Source: Steroidobacteraceae bacterium
Lineage (GTDB): Bacteria > Pseudomonadota > Gammaproteobacteria > Steroidobacterales > Steroidobacteraceae
DNA: 64,000 nt
Reading direction: 5' to 3'
Assembly: GCA_041395625.1 (NCBI GenBank)
Contig: JAWLAE010000006.1
Coordinates: 31,706 to 95,705 of the forward strand
The position numbers and the translations under genes are program-made. The notes under the pieces were generated by a model. It worked only from the letters and a program-made list of their open reading frames with translations, searched no databases and was not told where the DNA came from. Numbering within the stretch: position 1 is the stretch's first letter; each line of letters opens with the position of its first letter. Shown here in pieces: positions 61,836-64,000 of the stretch.

Positions 61836-63257
61836 CTAGTCCATCCTGCCTAGGAACGGATCTACGTCTCCGGCACCCCATAGCGCACTGGAACCACAAA
61901 TCTGACAGCTTGCCCTGGACGTGTGCCCTGGTCGCCGGTCCTCTCCGTAGTGGAATTTCCGCACGCGGTTGGCTGAGGCTCCCTCCGGGCCCCTGAAACC
62001 TTGCAGGCGGTGAATCAGCTCATTCACCGCCATGCAGGCGGTCTCCGTTGTGAAGGTCACCACCGCGGGGCTCGGATTGCCTGCGCCGACAACGTACGAC
62101 TCGGATTTCCGACGTTCATATTCCTCAGGATTCTTTCGACGCATTGTCTCGGAGCGGGCTGCTTCCGGATCTATGACATCCCGGCAAAGCAGGCAAGTGT
62201 GGTTCGGACCCAAGACGGTGACGCGCCCATCGAGGGCTCGGATTGTCTGTGACCCCTCCGGCGCAGGCTCTATGGCCAGGCCGATGTCGAAAACAGGAGT
62301 GAGGTAGTAGTACGCGAAGCGGTTCAGAAAGAGTCGTCCCTCATGATCATCTGTGCAGCCGAAGATGACATCAGAGGCTCGAAGTACGTCTCGGCACGCC
62401 GGATCTGCGACCCACGCTTCGATCGGCACAACCCGGGAGCCCAGTCCCAATTCTGTTATCGAGCGCGCTACCACCTCGACCTTCGGGCGCATTGCGTCAG
62501 CGTCCGCTTGGCGGGAGCCGTGAAGCCGATTCAGATTTGTTACATCAACAACATCGTTGTCGATGAGCGAGATTTGGCCAACGCCGAGCCGTGCAAGCAG
62601 CATCGCAACCGCGCTTCCAGTGCCGCCGCATCCCACGATGGCCACGCGTAGCCGACGCAAGTCTTGATTGAGTGCTTGGCCAAACGCCAGAGCCTGCCTA
62701 TGAAAGGCAGGAATGGGGAGTGTGGCGGCGCGGTCAGGGTAGTGCAGGGCTAGACGCTCGCCAGCAACGCGCACCATGCGCAGCGGCGCGGCGCCATTCG
62801 GTAATGGAGTTAGCCAAGTGCGACCTGTGAGGAGACCATCAGCGGTCAGCACAAGGCTGAGCATCTTGGTTCCGACGCCATTGCGGTTTACAGCCAGTTG
62901 TACGAGATCAGGCTCGTTGGCGTCATCCTGCGCTGAGAAGAAGCATTGGCCTGCACCATGGCTATGCACGATTCCTATCTCTTGGCCGTTGGCGTTGGCT
63001 TGCCTCAATGCCGACACGAATGACGCCGTCTGCCATGTGATGAGGTTCGCTGTTCGCTCAATGACATGTTCATCCGGTACAGGGATGATTCGTGAACTAA
63101 GGAACTTGGTGTGCGCTTGGCGATCCCACGGGTCATTGCGAACCACCGCCCGGTTGCAGAGCATGTAGGCGGCATGTTCGCAGCCATCGTCACGAATCAG
63201 GTGAGACTTCAGCTGCTCGAAGTGTTCGTGCTGCAACGTCAAGCTGTAGGTTGTCAT
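61836..63257 (-). CDS. JAB/MPN (JAMM) metalloprotease - E1-like (ThiF/MoeB-family) adenylyltransferase fusion
   Basis: The N-terminal domain has Glu27 (GCEHAAY) and an intact JAMM motif H98-S-H100-x7-S108-x2-D111 (IVHSHGAGQCFFSAQD, nt 62925-62966). The C-terminal domain has the Rossmann nucleotide loop VAIVGCGGTGS, NLNRL, FGCTDD and paired CxxC motifs (C355/C358, C451/C454), as in E1/ThiF enzymes. Confidence 0.85.
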   Translation of the reverse strand: MTTYSLTLQHEHFEQLKSHLIRDDGCEHAAYMLCNRAVVRNDPWDRQAHTKFLSSRIIPVPDEHVIERTANLITWQTASFVSALRQANANGQEIGIVHSHGAGQCFFSAQDDANEPDLVQLAVNRNGVGTKMLSLVLTADGLLTGRTWLTPLPNGAAPLRMVRVAGERLALHYPDRAATLPIPAFHRQALAFGQALNQDLRRLRVAIVGCGGTGSAVAMLLARLGVGQISLIDNDVVDVTNLNRLHGSRQADADAMRPKVEVVARSITELGLGSRVVPIEAWVADPACRDVLRASDVIFGCTDDHEGRLFLNRFAYYYLTPVFDIGLAIEPAPEGSQTIRALDGRVTVLGPNHTCLLCRDVIDPEAARSETMRRKNPEEYERRKSESYVVGAGNPSPAVVTFTTETACMAVNELIHRLQGFRGPEGASANRVRKFHYGEDRRPGHTSRASCQICGSSALWGAGDVDPFLGRMD

Positions 63258-63637
63258 GCGGCAGCCTTCTCAAGGGCTTCTTCGACGCGCTTGATCATTG
63301 TCCAGATGCCGTCTGTTCCGGGGCGCCACTCCGGGTTGTGACGTGACCATCGCTGCCAACGCCGGCCGCCGAATTCCAGTGGCTGGTCAGCCGCTCGGGG
63401 ATATGTGTTGGTGGTAGTCAGCCGTACCCAGGGTTCGAGATAGAACATGTCCGGGGCGATATCGGGATATCCGCCGGGGAGCAGGATCAGGACGTCCGCG
63501 GAAGTGGCGTCAAACCGGCCACATGGCAGCGGCCGGCCCCTGAGGATGATGGCTTTGCTCCCATTCTCCTCAGTGGCTTCGAATGCAATGCCCTTCGAAG
63601 CAAGGTAGTCGCGATCTGCAGGCGGAAGAGTGATCAT
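63254..63637 (-). CDS. E2/UBC-like protein lacking a cysteine at the expected catalytic position
   Basis: 127 aa. The layout is UBC-like: a beta-meander, then LLPGGYPDIAPDMFY (equivalent to the FPxxYPxxPP flap), then a C-terminal W-x-P...helix (EWRPGTDGIWTMIKRVEEAL). The only Cys (C39) is in the N-terminal sheet. The stop overlaps the E1 start (ATGA at 63254-63257). Confidence 0.65.
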   Translation of the reverse strand: MITLPPADRDYLASKGIAFEATEENGSKAIILRGRPLPCGRFDATSADVLILLPGGYPDIAPDMFYLEPWVRLTTTNTYPRAADQPLEFGGRRWQRWSRHNPEWRPGTDGIWTMIKRVEEALEKAAA

Positions 63638-63641
63638 GTGG

Positions 63642-63902
63642 TTACCCTTCAGTCGTCGTCTTCTTCCCCGTGAAGAACCGTTCCGTCCCCTTCTCGGTGA
63701 CATCAATCTGGTCATCGTCTTTCACGAGGCGATCTTCCGGACCGCGGACATCCTGCCATGCGTCGTAGGCAGCACGATCAACTCCGGCAAGCGACTTGAT
63801 CTCAAGGCCGGTGATGGTCGCCTTGGGCCAGTCGTGCGGTTTTTGGTCGACGATGATTTTGTACGTCGTGTGATGGGGCTGCTTCTGCTGTTCGTCACTC
63901 AT
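63642..63902 (-). CDS. small ubiquitin-like (multiubiquitin-family beta-grasp) protein ending in a free C-terminal glycine
   Basis: 86 aa from the ATG at 63902, preceded by AAGGAG at 8-nt spacing. YKIIVDQKPHDWPKATITGLEIKSLAG... resembles the prokaryotic multiubiquitin domain. The C-terminus is ...KKTTTEG followed by the stop. It is the first gene of the operon, 4 nt upstream of the E2-like gene. Confidence 0.65.
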   Translation of the reverse strand: MSDEQQKQPHHTTYKIIVDQKPHDWPKATITGLEIKSLAGVDRAAYDAWQDVRGPEDRLVKDDDQIDVTEKGTERFFTGKKTTTEG

Positions 63903-64000
63903 TCGAGTCACTCCTTGCCGGGTGGATTCAAAGCCGACCGGCGGAACGCCAATCCGCCGATCCGCTAAAAAGCGTATCGCAGGCCGCAGGTAGTTGCAAG

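Larger units (their letters stand above)
59872..64000. mobile_element. left end of an integrated genomic island inserted at the 3' end of guaA (extends beyond the window)
   Basis: The sequence switches abruptly from GC-rich core to a visibly AT-richer segment (for example aataaaaacaaataa) directly after guaA. This is followed by repeated short motifs, a P4-type tyrosine integrase and non-core cargo genes. The right end and the direct repeat are not in the window. Confidence 0.75.

Overview
High-GC gammaproteobacterial chromosome, probably from a Xanthomonadales- or Nevskiales-like organism. Positions 1 to about 59,870 are densely packed core genes. They include a TPP-riboswitch thiamine-salvage operon, gpmA, the giant NAD-glutamate dehydrogenase, an acyl-CoA catabolic cluster (ETF-QO, SDR, thiolase, TetR, fused isobutyryl-CoA mutase IcmF), xerD-dsbC, tRNA-Leu(CAA) and an ECF sigma module. 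They continue with queA-tgt-yajC-secDF, transporters, suhB-trmJ-iscS-iscU-like-iscA, the ndk-rlmN-pilF-rodZ-hisS-yfgM-bamB-der array, a GGDEF protein and xseA-guaB-guaA. Directly after the guaA stop the sequence becomes more AT-rich and a P4-type tyrosine integrase marks the left end of an integrated island that runs off the window. The first cargo of that island is the most interesting locus. It is a tightly coupled four-gene minus-strand operon (61,450-63,902). It encodes a small ubiquitin-like protein ending in a free C-terminal Gly, an E2/UBC-like protein with no Cys at the expected catalytic position, a JAB(JAMM)-E1(ThiF) fusion, and a DUF6527-like protein. Together these look like a bacterial ubiquitin-like conjugation system, probably involved in conflict or defence. 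Secondary observations are a degenerate, truncated acetoacetyl-CoA-synthetase paralogue coupled to zapE, an IscU-like protein lacking two of the three cluster cysteines, a 203-bp palindromic MITE-like element next to a (GTGAC)5 microsatellite, and repeated candidate integrase arm sites. Many long alternate-frame or antisense ORFs in the track are high-GC artefacts and were rejected.
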